Assembly: GCF_006345805.1 (NCBI RefSeq)
Contig: NC_043010.1
Coordinates: forward strand, 17,732,001 to 17,796,000
DNA from: Octopus sinensis
Taxonomy: Eukaryota
Reading direction: 5' to 3'
Length of the DNA stretch: 64,000 bases
The notes below the pieces were generated by a model that ran no database searches, was not told the origin of the DNA, and was given only the letters and a program-made list of their open reading frames with translations. Position numbers and translations under genes: made by a program. Positions 49,648 to 62,158 of the stretch are shown here, in pieces. The number at the start of each line of letters is the position of its first letter. Within the stretch, counting starts at the first letter, position 1.

Positions 49648-50134
49648 CTACAAAGTAAACCAAATATCAAGCTAGGTTTGCTTGCAAGGGCCTTAAAAGG
49701 TCTGTTTTTTTTTAATACATTTGTACCATGGGAAACCAGCAACAAGTTATTTTAGACAAGGATCTTTGGATTTTTTTCTTTGTTTTGTTCAGTTTAAAAT
49801 ATTGGTTACTCAGTAAAAATCATCATCATCATCAATCAATGTCCATTATCCGTAGTAGTAATAGTAGTAGTATGGCCAGGGCAGTTCAACACGAACTGAC
49901 AAGTTGGAGAATAGCATTAAAGCTCCAGTGCTTGCTTTGGTCTGATTCTAATGGTTACAGGCCATTCCTAATGCCAACCATTAAACTTTTAGTTATTCTC
50001 AAAATATGCCCACCCAGTTATCCAAGCTATGGTTGTTTTTTTCTCTAATGAAATATAAAATGCTTGTTAAGCATATTTTAGAAGCTCAGTAAAAGAACTT
50101 TTATTTTATACAGCAAGTACAATATACCTTCCTT

Positions 50135-50172
<38 letters not shown>

Positions 50173-50227
50173 TTAAAGCAATCAAACAAAATGTATTAGA
50201 AATACAAAAAAAATCCAAAAAACTTAC

Positions 50228-50336
50228 AAATATAAACAGAATCCATCAAGTTCTTTCTTTTGATGCTTTTCTGATAATTCTGTTTTTAAAATCTTCACTC
50301 TCGCTAAATCATCGTTTATAACTGAGGTCATACTTG
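50228..50336 (-). CDS. CDC23: CDC23 exon 4
   Basis: ctttcag|CAAG...ATTT|gtaagt, 109 nt. LKTELSEKHQKKELDGFCLY. Confidence 0.92.
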
Positions 50337-51050
50337 CTGAAAGAACAATACAGCATTCCTAAATAAGACTTCCATTTGTCGAATTAGGGATTAATTTACA
50401 AACTCAGCACACACACAGGAAATCATCATCATCCGTTGCCCATGCTAGCATGGGTTAGATGGTTTGACCAGGGCTGGCAAGGCCGGAGAGCTGCCCTAGG
50501 TTCCATTGTCTGCTTTGGCATGGTTATTATGGCTGGATGCCCTTCCTAGTGCCAACTTTATAGAATAAAGTGGGTGCCTTTTTATGTGGAACCATCACCA
50601 GTGAGGTCACCAGGTAACTTTCAAGACAAAGATCCTTTGAGAGGGGGTTGGTATGGGAGGAGGTGGTTTTGTGCCAGGTGACGAGAGGATAGAGTATGAA
50701 AGAGGGTGCAGAAACAGGAGCCTTACAATAGAGGAGATACATGGTTACCTGAGTGGGAGGGAGAGAGCTTGAGATAGGGGGGCAAATTTTCTGTGGCCAG
50801 ATGCTGTTCCTGTGGCTAGCGTTCACCTGCTCCAAGGGTGGTAATATTGACCCATGGTCAGTTACCTTTTCATGAAAGATTGAAAACAGACAACACTGCT
50901 TATATGACAGTTACACTCATTAACAACATTTTAATTCATTTCAAGTAAATGACTCAGGTAAACTTTCACCCAAACGCAACACTGACTGGTTTTTAGTACT
51001 GAAATAGGTTTTAGTAAATATGGGAAAAGTAACAAATTTTGTTTACTTAC

Positions 51051-51243
51051 TGAAAGAATCAGTCATATTATAAGATCTTCTTTTCTCTTCTGCTAGGTAT
51101 CGAGAATACATGTAGAGAAAGTAGGTTACATTGCTCTGAAGTTCAGACTGCTCCAAGAAATGCACAGCACGAAGATATTCTTTAAGGTCAAAGTAACTCT
51201 TGGCTAATGAATAAACACAGTATTCCTTTTGTAAATTCTCAAA
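51051..51243 (-). CDS. CDC23: CDC23 exon 3
   Basis: ttatag|TTT...TTCA|gtaagt, 193 nt. YSLAKSYFDLKEYLRAVHFL...YFLYMYSRYLAEEKR. Confidence 0.93.
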
Positions 51244-51316
51244 CTATAAACAGAAGAAAGATGAAAGTATATAAAACAGAATTCAATTGAGAAAGTATAC
51301 AAACACACAAAGGAAA

Positions 51317-51671
51317 TCTTCTCTATATATATAAACAACAAAATGTCTGTGTGTGTGTGTATCCTTTATACAAATTCACAATTTTTCAGTTAGAGGGCTT
51401 GCACTTTCTATGGTCATTCAAAACCGTCCAAGGGTGGTCATGCACATCTTTACATTTTCCCCATTAAAAAATCAATAGAAGTGACTTTTTTGTGAATTTT
51501 CTATCCAAAACCCAATCAAAATGCCTGAAACTTGATATGTCAATTGAATGCCAGCTAGCTGTATGTGATTGGTCGGAGATTTGGACAATACTCGTGTCTA
51601 TGTGCACACGCACGCAGCTGTATATGCATGTACTAGCACTATGACCCGGTGTTGCTGAGTCATAATGCTAA
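51317..51671 (+). mobile_element. Non-autonomous Helitron
   Basis: Inserted between A and T. 5' TC followed by TCTATATATATAAA and a (TG)n; 3' hairpin TAGCACTATGAC/GTCATAATGCTA ending CTAA (CTRR). Confidence 0.65.
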
Positions 51672-53356
51672 TACAAATATAAAAATTCAAGCAAAATCTG
51701 ACAGAGGCATATAAAAATCATCACAATTTAAAATCCACTCTACCTCTTGCTGGATGGTTCAAGAGGATCCAACAAGTAGGGAGGGTCATGTCTTGCAATA
51801 GTGTCCAAGTCTTGGCATGGGCTCAACAGCTGCACTGGAAGCTGCTGTTTCATGCCATGGGCATCAGGGTGTTTGTCACGTAACTCAAAAGACAAGAGGA
51901 CACTTTTAACTGAGTGGGAATATGGTGGGACAGAGTAGAGAAGGAGATGGCTTAATGATAGATGATGAGAAGCACAACAGAGGGGAGAGGAACAAGTCTG
52001 TGTGTTGGAGAGGAAATACATGGCTACCCTGCATTATATAAGGATAGGTTGGAGCCATTGAGTTGGAGCTGTAAAAAGAAACAAAGAAGATATTAACGAG
52101 GTGTTAGAGTGCACTGTCAAGGTAGAATTAGGCGAATAAAAGAGACTGTATAGGGACAGAAGATCAGCAAAGGCAGACAGGTAAATGTTGCAAGAGTGTG
52201 AGGGAGTGAGAAACGGTTAGAGGGATTGTAGGTGTGCTTGTGTAGTAAGAAGGTTGCTTCTCAACCACATTGTTCAGGGTTCGGTCCCACTGCATAGCAC
52301 CTTGAGCAAGTGTCTTCTACTATAGCCTTGGCCTGATCAAAGCCTTGTGAGTGGATTTGGTAGACGGAAACTGAAAGAAGCCCATTGCGTGTGTCTATGC
52401 TTGCCCCCCCCCCCTCGATTAACAACAGGTGTAGCTGTGGTTACATCCCTCATAACTTAGCGGTTTGGCAAAAAGAGACTGATAGAATAAGTACTAGGCT
52501 TAAGAAAGAAAAAGTCCTGGGAGTTGATTCCTTTGATTAAAAAGTCTTCAAGGTGGTGCCCCAGCTTGGTCACAGTCTAATGAGTGAAACAAAAGATAAA
52601 AATGGTGGAGGGGGTGGTTGATGGTAAATGAGTTGAGAGTAGAAGGTGACAAGAATGAGGAATGGATGTCCCTTATTAGTGGCCCCGTATTTTGCTGCAA
52701 TAGTAAGATGTGAACATATGATCCTGTGATCAGCATTCATCATCATCATCGTTTAACGTCTGCTTTCCATGCTAGCATGGGTTGGACGGTTTGACCGGGG
52801 TCTGGGAAGCCAGGAGGCTGCACCAGGCTCCAGTCTGATCTGGCAGTGTTTCTACAGCTGGATGCCCTTCCTAACACCAACCACTCCGTGAGTGTAGTGG
52901 GTGCTTTTTATGTGTCACCGATATGGGGGCGAGGCGAGGCTGGGAAACGGCAACAATCGGTTGGTGCTTTTACGTGTCACCGACATGGATGCCAGTCAGG
53001 CGGGCTGGCAACTGCCACATTCGGATGGTGCTTTTAACGTGTCACCGGCACGGGTATCTTAACTACAATTTCCATTTGATTTTCATTTTGATGTTAACGT
53101 ACTTGACTTAATAGGTCTCCGATAGCTTAATCTCACAGCTATAGAAGGGAGGGAAATATTTAATTATATAAAAACTCTTTAATAGGATAATGTTGTCAAT
53201 TGGAGGAAGAACACATGACCACACTGCAAAGGTGGTCATGTTAGTGTACATCACATGACCATCAGACTGGGTCACATGACACTCATGCAAAATGCATGCA
53301 ACACTATTGTTATAGACATTACAAACATTTTATTTAGATTCAGTTTTATGACAAGT

Positions 53357-53600
53357 GGAGGCGCGTGGCTTAGTGGTTAGGGTGTTGAACTCCTGATCAT
53401 AAGATTGCGATTTCAATTCCTGGACCGGGTGACACGTCGTGTTCTTGAGCAAGACACTTCATTTCACGTTGCTCCAGTCCACTCAGCTGGCAAAAATGAG
53501 GAAACCTGTGACAGACTGGCATCCTGTCCAGCTGGGGAATATATACACCACTGAAACCAGGAAACTGGCCCTCATCAGCCTGGATGGCTCAAGAAGGAAA
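53357..53600 (+). mobile_element. tRNA-derived SINE family C
   Basis: GGCGCGTGGCTTAGTGGTTAG (A box)...TTCAATTCC (B-box-like), then TTCTTGAGCAAGACACTT. Minus copies at about 18957-19295 and 35500-35625. Confidence 0.7.
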
Positions 53601-53697
53601 CATTTTTATTTCTTTTACTATGACACACAAACAAACTGAACATTATTAATTCATCTTTTGATTGTGATGTTATTGAACTTCAGACATTATTACTTAC

Positions 53698-53770
53698 AGG
53701 TTGGGAAAAAGATGGAATATGTCCGCCTGCATCTTGACTTGTCTTTAAGCAGTAAGCTAATTCGGCAAGT
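53698..53770 (-). CDS. CDC23: CDC23 exon 2
   Basis: ttttcag|A CTT GCC GAA TTA GCT TAC TGC TTA...CCT|gtaagt, 73 nt. LAELAYCL corresponds to SAELAFSL. Confidence 0.87.
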
Positions 53771-56192
53771 CTGAAAATAGATTTCATTTAAAATATGCAA
53801 AATATGTAACAATAACAAAAAAGAAGAAATAACATTATTAAACAACAACAACATAAAAACAATCCCCATGACCACCACCACCACCACCACCACTATCCTA
53901 ATGACCAACAAATGTTCAAACTGAACATAAACCACATCAAGTCCCACCTGTATAAGAGATCCCTATAAACATAAGGAACAAACAATTCAGTACTGTGTGG
54001 CCCTAAATATGTAAATGTTAAATTGTCAGTGCCATGTAAAAGGCCCTCATGTGTAAAGCACCCATACTGGTGCCACATGGAAAGCAACCAGCAGACACTC
54101 TGTAAAGTGGCTGGTGTTAGGAAGGGCTTCCAGTCACAGAAACCATGCCAAAGCAGACAATTGGAGCCTCTTGGTGCAGCTCTGTGGTCCTGCTGGTTCC
54201 TGTTGGACCATCCAAACCATGCCAGCATGGAAAACAGACATTTAAGTGATGATGGAAATCTTCTATGAAAACTTCCTGCTTATCAGTTCCTCTCATCTCT
54301 TGGATTGGTAGCATCTTATCATAGCATGTACGCCTCTAAACATGAATGTCACTCAGAACTCACAGGGTCCCTCTAGAAATGCTGAGCTGCCATCAGTATT
54401 GCCAAGGACCTTTCCAGGCAAAAGCACATTACTGACATTGGTCAGAAAATATTCCAGTTTTCAATAATTGCTTTCACTCTACAAAGCTCAAGTGAGGTTC
54501 ACAATATTGCTCTCTCACCTGCAGACATCCTGGGCAGCATGCAAGGGCCACTTCCTATAGGAATTCAATCACTGTCAGACAAACTCCATCCTCTGACCCA
54601 CAAGCATGCCGTGTCTCTTCTCCCTGTCTTTTCAAATGCAACTACAATGACCTCTGCTTTTCAGAGTTGGTCAGTTTTTTTTACTTCCGCCACTCAGCCC
54701 CACCACCTGTCTCACATCGCTCTTGTTGCAACAAACTGCTCTGGACTACCATCACCCAGTCCTTCCTCCCCTGGACATCTTCCCACTGAAATCTCTCTGT
54801 TCCTGTCTCTACTGTAAGTGTTGACCTGCAACAATCTTAACAACATTAACATCAAACTCAGCAGTTTTGGAAGGACTGCAAAGTTCATAAGCACTGCCCT
54901 TTCCTCCAAACCCAGCAACGAAAATAATAAAAGTAATGTTTCACATTTTGGCACAAAGCCGGTAATTTTAGGGAGAGGGGCGGGGTTTAGTCAATTACAT
55001 TGCTCCAATACATGACTGGTACTTAACAAGCCCAAATTCTTTCTAATTTTACAAGGCCAGCAATTTTGAGGGAAGGGGCAAGTCGATCACATCTACCCCA
55101 ATACTTGACTGGTACTTTATTTTATTGACTGCGAAAGGATGAAAGCAAAGTCAACCATGGTAGTATTTGAGTTCAATACAATAATTTCTTTCTTTCTTTA
55201 TTTAATAATAATAATAATTACAGCACAAAGAAACACCGGCAATAATAATGAGGAATCAGAAAGTTCTGTTAATGTTTCAAATGTTTATGTAACAGTTGGA
55301 ATATTGGAACAGGTGAGTCTCATTAAAGGTAAATAAAAATAGCATCAAGGTGTACTTTATTCTGTAAATTATCAACGAGATAAGTTAATTAGAAAAGCTA
55401 AAGTAGAATTTAAAAAGGTTTGAGATATTATTCTATTGAAAGAATTCTGATTTTGGTTTGAAAAGAATAAATGATGGTTAGATAAAAGAAACTTAAACGA
55501 CTTTTAAATAATAAGATTTTTTTAAAAAGGACCTGCGATATTGGATGTTTCAGGAGAGACCTACAAGTTTTCTAAAATCTTATAATCAAAGTAGAAGTTT
55601 ATAAGAGCAGAGGGACATATTTCAATACGATAAAATTCAAACCGATCTCTGGCACGTTCCATTTTCTTTTAATACTAATTTAAAATAGACGAACCGACAA
55701 TGTTGATGATGTACCCACAGAATTTGCCCCCCTTCACGAAAATAACTCTTTCTGCGGTCGCCAAAATTGAATATTTGATACCAATTTAAATTGTCAGATG
55801 ACTTACAGTACTTATATTTCGACAGCGAAAAACACGACTTTTAAAGTTCTGCGATTCTAACCCATTCGAGCAGGATTCAAAACCTTGTCAATGCCTTGTC
55901 TAGGTCCTGCGAAAGAAGCTTGTTTCTTACTAAGAGACCTGTCTTTATTGGGGTATGAAAAACAGAGCATAATACAGGTGAAAAAAATAAATAAATAAAA
56001 GATCCAAAATAATTAATTAATCCGATATAATTAACAATAATTAAGGTTTTGGTGTTCGCACCCTCTTTTCTGCGGTTAACACGGTTTTCGTGATTCCCAC
56101 CAATGTATTTCAAAAATTTCAATTAACCAAAACTGAAATCCTTCTAGTGTTAATGATGTTTACATTTGTGTAAAAGCGATGCTGAGTCTTAC

Positions 56193-56293
56193 CTGGTGGC
56201 TCCATGAGTTAAACCGCGAATGTTGCATTGCCAGTTGGCCTGAATCAATTCTTCTTTCACTTGACAAAGATCTAAACTTGAAATATCCGCCAT
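56193..56293 (-). CDS. CDC23: CDC23/APC8 exon 1 (start ATG)
   Basis: MADISSLDLCQVKEELIQANWQCNIRGLTHGAT + AG|gtaaga, 101 nt. Aligns to DLREIKKQLL...RERGLLHSSK of human CDC23. Confidence 0.88.
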
Positions 56294-56460
56294 CTCTCTC
56301 TCGAAGGGGAGATAATTCTGAGCGGAAAGCCGCACAATTTATTAGAGTTGGTCACTCTCTTGCGAAGGCATGGATGGGTTGGCGAAGCCCTTCTGCTAAA
56401 AAACACACGCTCTTATCTATATATACATAGATATACATACTAGCTTAAGAGCCACCTGCT
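56288..56460 (-). promoter_or_regulatory. CDC23 proximal promoter / short 5' UTR
   Basis: CpG-containing segment. The YY1-type AGATGGCG motif overlaps the start codon (56288-56295). Confidence 0.45.
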
Positions 56461-56789
56461 CCTACGAAGGGTTCTTGATTGGGTCCTGGGCCCAACGATG
56501 ACACTTCATGCATTGAATACATAAAATTGAACAATATTTTCCAAATAATTAAAAGTATTCATAAACACACCGATTCGCTTTCACATTTATTATAAAAGCA
56601 AAGAATAGAAGACACGGATAATTTTGTGGAAACTATATCAATTAGAGTGTATTTTATATATATATATATAGGTGTATGTGGGGGGTGTTAGAAGTGGTGT
56701 ACAGATATTGAATATTGATTGAAGAGGAAGTCGCCAGAATTATGGAAAAAGAATTTTTTTTTAATTCAGTCATTATTATTAGTACTTTG

Positions 56790-57175
56790 GCGCGCTGGCA
56801 GAAACGTTAGCACGCCGGGCGAAATACTTAGCGGTATTTCGTCTGTCAAATTCCGCCAAGGTCGACTTTGCCTTTCATCCTTTCGGGTCGATAAATTAAG
56901 TACCAGTTACGCACTGGGGTCGATGTAATCGACTTAATCCCTATGTCTGTCCTCTGTGTTTAGCCCCTTGTGGGTAATAAAGAAATAGGTATTTCGTCTG
57001 TCGCTACGTTCTGAGTTCAAATTCCGCCGAGGTCGACTTTGCCTTTCATCCTTTCGGGGTCGATTAAATAAGTACCAGTTACGCACTGGGATCGATATAA
57101 TCGACTTAGTCCGTTTGTCTGTCCTTGTTTGACCCCTCTGTGTGTAGCCCTTTATGGGCAGTTAAGACATAATTA
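56790..57175 (+). mobile_element. Head-to-tail dimer of family B SINE upstream of CDC23
   Basis: Two successive GTCGACTTTGCCTTTCATCCTTTCGGG cores, very little diverged. Another copy at 61214-61452. Confidence 0.8.
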
Positions 57176-57393
57176 TTAGTGCTTTCGTTCGTCTTCGAAC
57201 TTGTCAAATAAAATTGTGAATGTGAAAAACAGTTTGTTCACTTATATAAATCAGTTTTGTTTTGTTTAGTTTTTAGAAGCAGAGAACATTAGGTTCAAGA
57301 GTGGTGACCTCTTTTAGGATGGGGAAAATAATGAAAAAAAGGATGGGGTGCGATCATCATTAAAAGCATTTTTGTCTGCGCGCGACTGCGCGC

Positions 57394-57426
<33 letters not shown>

Positions 57427-57602
57427 CGTGTGTATGTGTGTGTGTGTGCCTGTGAGTTCATGTATTTGGAAATATGTAATTTCGATGTTTTGCATTGAAA
57501 AATAAAGCCAGGTTTCTTTTAATTCAATGTTTTGTATGAACAAACAATATTTGTAAATTAGAAAAATATGTAAAGTTAGAATATGCCAATGTTACATATA
57601 TA

Positions 57603-57818
57603 TATATACAAAATTTAGAGGACTGGCCACTAAAAGTGGACAGCCTGTATGCTAGATATAGACGTCAAAATCGCCATTTTCCACGAAGAATGTGTTCTCA
57701 AGAAAAAATTCAGCAAAAGTTGAGAACACATTCTTCGTGGAAAATGCCGATTTTGACGTCTATATCTAGCATACAGGTTGTCCACTTTTAGTGATCAGTC
57801 CTCTAAATTTCGTATGTA
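57603..57818. repeat. Near-perfect 216-bp hairpin related to the arms of the 34791 foldback
   Basis: About 98-bp arms and an 18-19-nt loop. Shares AGAGGA.TG.CCA.TA..GTGGAC, TATGCTA and TGTTCTCAAGAAA..TTC.GCAAA with 34791-34890. Confidence 0.88.
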
Positions 57819-57996
57819 AAAAAAAAATATTTAATCTTCGGATTTTTAAAAATATGCTAGGTCACTGGTTTTAATTGATTAATATCAATTTCTACACTTA
57901 TTTAAATTATATGTGTGTGTGTGTGCCTTTCATACACACACACACACACACACAAGAACAAGCACATACACTCACACAAGAAAAAACATGCACACG

Positions 57997-58029
<33 letters not shown>

Positions 58030-60609
58030 AAGAACAGACGTACAACCCATTAGCTTTCTCTTTCCACGCAGCTGACAGTTGACAAGACAACACGTGCTCA
58101 TGGAAATTACCGAGTAGTATGTTTATAAAATTCGAGTCAAAACGAAACTACGCCTATGTGCGTGTGGATTAAAGAAAGCAAAAAATAAAACAAAAATGAT
58201 AGTGTTCAGTATGCTGGTTCAGAATGTTGGCCACAGGAATTTCTGTCAAAGAGACATGGTTAAACAAAGTTGGTCATCATCTCCCTCCTTCTCTCACATA
58301 CCCACTCTTTTTCTCCCTCTCTTATTATTACTCCCACTGCCACTATCAACACCACTACTTTTAATAAAACATCAACTCTCCTTAAACTTCTTTGTCTCTC
58401 TCCCTCCCTCCCTCCGTCTTCGCCACCGCCCTCACCGTCTCTACTATTACCCTCACCTCAACACGAGGAATAGTAGAAGTGTCATTGAATAGTGATAGAA
58501 GGGGTCAAAGTGTGACACACTGACACACAGAAATTAGTTTTCACATTTATTATATTAGATATATATGTGTGTGAATGCACACACATGCTTGGCATACATC
58601 ATGTATTTTCCCAGGGCATGTGTCCCCTAATTAAGGTCTGGTAATCTTTATCCAGAAGTAATTTTGAGAATTCTTCGGATTTGTGAGATTTCACCTTCCA
58701 CTCTTTTGTCTACGAAAAACCGGGGGATGAGGTGAGTAGGAGAAAGATAAGCGAAGGGAAGAGAGAGATAGACGGAACGTAGATAGAAGGTGGGGAGAGA
58801 TAGAGGGTGGGAAGGGAGAGTAGGGGAAAGATAAAGGGAAGGGAGAGATAGAGGGGAAGAGAGTGATGGTAAAAGCGTATGTGAGAAAGAGAAAGAGATT
58901 AAAGCAGAAACCAAGAAGATCTGGTTTAATTATCGTTAGAAAACCACTCGTTACATCTGGACGACTCTAGATGGACGAGATGCTACTGCTGGGCTGTGCG
59001 CTTGTGCGCGCGCACACGTCTTGTCGTTGGCGCGCACAAAGTTCTCGCGATGAAATTGAATATTTTTTCTCAATATGGCTACTTGCCTGAATTCGCTTTA
59101 TACTTTATAGAGAAAAACAAAATTTGCACTGAAGCAAATTTCTGCACTCAGCAAAAATTCAGAAGAAACACTGTATGCAAGAGGGGTTCTTTTGTTCGCC
59201 TATAATGCCAATGGCATTCTTTATTCTTTAAATTGCACGAATTGCTATAATTTTTCTTGTATTTTATCACTATTACAGCCATTTTGAGAGTTATGAAAAT
59301 AAACCATTTTTCCCCTTGTGGCTTTTTTTTTTCTACTCTCTAACATTTTTTGCTCTGGTACTTAAGGTATCTTTTCACTCGCACCCGTAATATAGCTACT
59401 TTCGAAATATTCTTTTGATAACTTAGGGTGAACAGTGGTTGGCAGCAGTTACAGTAATTAATTTTAGTTTCTGCTACGGGTTTGTCACCTGTTGCCATAA
59501 ATTGTAAGCATTAAATTTACGATCTGAGGTACTTTTCAGAGGTAAAATAATCCAGTATACGCCATGGATAAAATGCTCAAACACGAGTATAAAATCACTG
59601 TAGAGGGCAAGGATGAGAGTGAAGTGCAACTTTTAACGTGCAAACGTTCGCCATTGTGGTATTAATGATGCACGTGAACTCAATAAAAACGAAATTATTT
59701 CAAGGAGAGCGTTAATCGAAGGAACTAACATATTTTTGCCAAAGTAAGACGTGGAACTGAAGATGATGTCATTACTACCGAAGGTTCTTAATCATTTCAC
59801 ACAATTTAATCTCACAATAGCTTCATGCCTATGAACTGCTCCTCTGCTTTTGATAAAAATACTTTCTCTCATTCAATGATGAAAGTTTTCTTGTACATGA
59901 ACAAAAAAAACAGCAGCAATTGTTAATTCTGTACATGTCGCACATTCTACTCATGATGCGACGAGAAATTGTGAAATGGCTACAGATAAAATTATTTCTA
60001 ATTCAATAAAACTATTTCCTACGATTGTTTATTACTTTGAATGAAATAGCGATAGTTTACAGTAAAAACTGCTTGAATTGAAGAACATATCCAATTAGAC
60101 TGCAAACGCAGTCACTAATTGTATACAGGAAACATTGAAGAAAGTTATGGAAATAAATGGTGTGCATGTGAGAACTGCAATCCAATGTTGAAGGAACTCA
60201 GATGCAATGAAAAAAGATAATAATACCCTGCTTTCGCTTACGCCCGCAGGAAATGTTCCATAAGAGACAGTTTGAAATGGATTGGCAGCACATATTTTAA
60301 ACAGATATGTCTATTATGTAGGAGATAAAAAGAAAGACATTGTTATTTAAAATATCTATAAAATTAATCAATATTTTTGTATCTGAACAGTTCAAGCCGA
60401 GTTCGTTAACGACTATCAAAATTATTGAAGTTGAGAGGATGATCCTCTTCCGAGTAAGACTTATCGATTTGTACCTGTTGCCAGGCATTTCTAGGCTAAT
60501 ATCTTCTGCTTTTAAATCTTTTCTGTTATAAAATAAACCGACCGAAGAAATTAGAAAGATTCTTTGAGAGCGAAATTAATGAGAGTCACCTCTGGTCCAT
60601 TAATGAATT

Positions 60610-61080
60610 TACGAGAGTGGACTGAAAGGGACATAGGCTGACATCTCACTATTTAAAGAAGACTTCAAAAGTAATTAGTAGTAACATCGCTTGGAAATTG
60701 ACAAAGTTTGACATCGTGATGTTATCAAGTACCCGTAGAAAAAGGGTTTAGTCCGAAGGACACTCATTCTGACATGGTTGCTAGATTAGGGGATGTCGCT
60801 CCAGCCCCATCAACAGTGAAAGAGTAAGAAAATGAATTTACGAGGGGAAGAGAGAGCCTTGAAGATGACCCAAGGTCTTGACGTCCTATAACTGCCACCA
60901 CTGAGAAAAATATTGATTGTGTTCACCACATAGTGATGGATGACAGGCGATTGACTACAAATCAAATAACCAATGCCCTTAGCATGTCCGCGAGAGAGTT
61001 GAGAATATTCTGCACACGTTTTCTGACAACTGATCAAAAGTGCACCAGAGGCAGATCGAGCAGGTTTCTAAATGTTAAAA
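60610..61080 (+). mobile_element. Mariner transposase N-terminal fossil
   Basis: HRDVIKY.*KKGL.PKDTHSDMVARLGD.AP..STVKE*..EFTRGRESLEDDPRS*RP.TATT...DDRRLT (HTH region); TACGAG-type end at 60610. Confidence 0.8.
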
Positions 61081-61949
61081 CAATGAAAGAATTTTTGTCT
61101 CTGCAACAGTCCCAAAAAACAACTTGCAGTATATCTTATCTAATTTCTCTCTCCATGTATAATTCTTTTGTATTTGTTTGAATATTAAGCCTATTGCTAT
61201 TGTACCATTTCAAAAGGCGGCGAGCTGGCAGAAACGTTAGCACGCCGGGCGAAATGCTTTGCGGTATTTCGTCTGCCGTTACGTTCTGAGTTGAAGTTCC
61301 GCCGAGACCGACTTTGCCTTTCATCCTTTCGGGGTCGATTAAATAAGTACCAGTTACGCACTGAGGTTGATATAATTGACTTAGTTCATTTGTCAGTTCT
61401 TGTTTGTCCTCTCTGTGTTTAACCCCTTGTGGGTAGTCACGAAATAGGTATTGTACCATTTCAAATGCCGGACATTTTGTCTCACATTTCAAAATATGTT
61501 TGCTTTACATCTTGAGGGCATCACTTTTATTTGTATATAAGACCCAAATAAGTTTTCCTGATGGTACAATTTATTTATTTATAGGTGATAGTAATTATAT
61601 ATTTTCGTTGATCTGGTGGTACAATTTATTTATAGGTGATAGTAATTATATATTTTCGTTGATAATATACCCCGAAAAAGCAGTTACTAACAAGTTAGGG
61701 ACCAACAGAAAAGTTTGAAAACAAGTAACACATCACCGGCAACATAAATTGCGTAACATATAAATGTGATTCATTTAACCATTGTCACTTATAGGCATGA
61801 TTAAAGAAAACCCACATCCTTCTTTGATAATCGCAAAAATATTTTTTTTCCCACTGATTATTGCAGCTTAATAAAAGCTGACCCACATTTGTGGCCTTAA
61901 AAATAATATGATCTAATTCGAGTCATCTGACTCAAGTCATGTGGAGATT

Positions 61950-62158
61950 AAGTAAAATGGCGACCTCAATCACAACTTTCAGCTTATCTTCTCTGACAGT
62001 TTTGTTTGGTGCTTTTGTCTGCAACTCATTATGCACGGACAAACAAGAAACACAACTTATTCATGTATCAGACAAATATTTATCGTAATAGAAAATACGC
62101 CGGGAGCCCATGTTCAGCAATGGAAGAAGTTGAAGAAGTTACTTTCTCCTATTATTTG
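61950..62158 (+). other. Probable first exon of an unidentified gene divergent from CDC23
   Basis: AAAATGGCG at 61954 and a strong donor TTG|GTAAGT at 62158/62159. Candidate start GCAATGG at 62120 gives MEEVEEVTFSYYL (phase 0); other ATGs at 62031 and 62063 are also open to the donor. No homologue recognised; no next exon found in the window. Confidence 0.55.

Noticed and set aside
53357-53440. tRNA-like A/B boxes here and at other SINE heads
   Set aside because: No full cloverleaf, and they continue into SINE bodies; these are SINEs, not tRNA genes.
53768-53772. Idea that the conserved Trp codon is a genomic TG|A stop rescued by A-to-I editing
   Set aside because: Exon 1 ends in AG, not TG, so the junction codon is AGA (Arg); no editing is needed.
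55877-56122. ORF ending DLDKALTRF, resembling CDC23 DIDKALSIF
   Set aside because: It lies in intron 1, and the true homologous segment is exon 7. The match is short and likely chance.
58260-58900. Pyrimidine-rich and purine-rich blocks suggesting an old inverted repeat
   Set aside because: Only about 10-13 bp of exact complementarity seen; low complexity could explain it.
60475-60522. 48-nt AG...GT-bounded minus-strand micro-exon candidate (KDLKAEDISLEMPGN)
   Set aside because: No partner exons or recognisable homology; weak donor.
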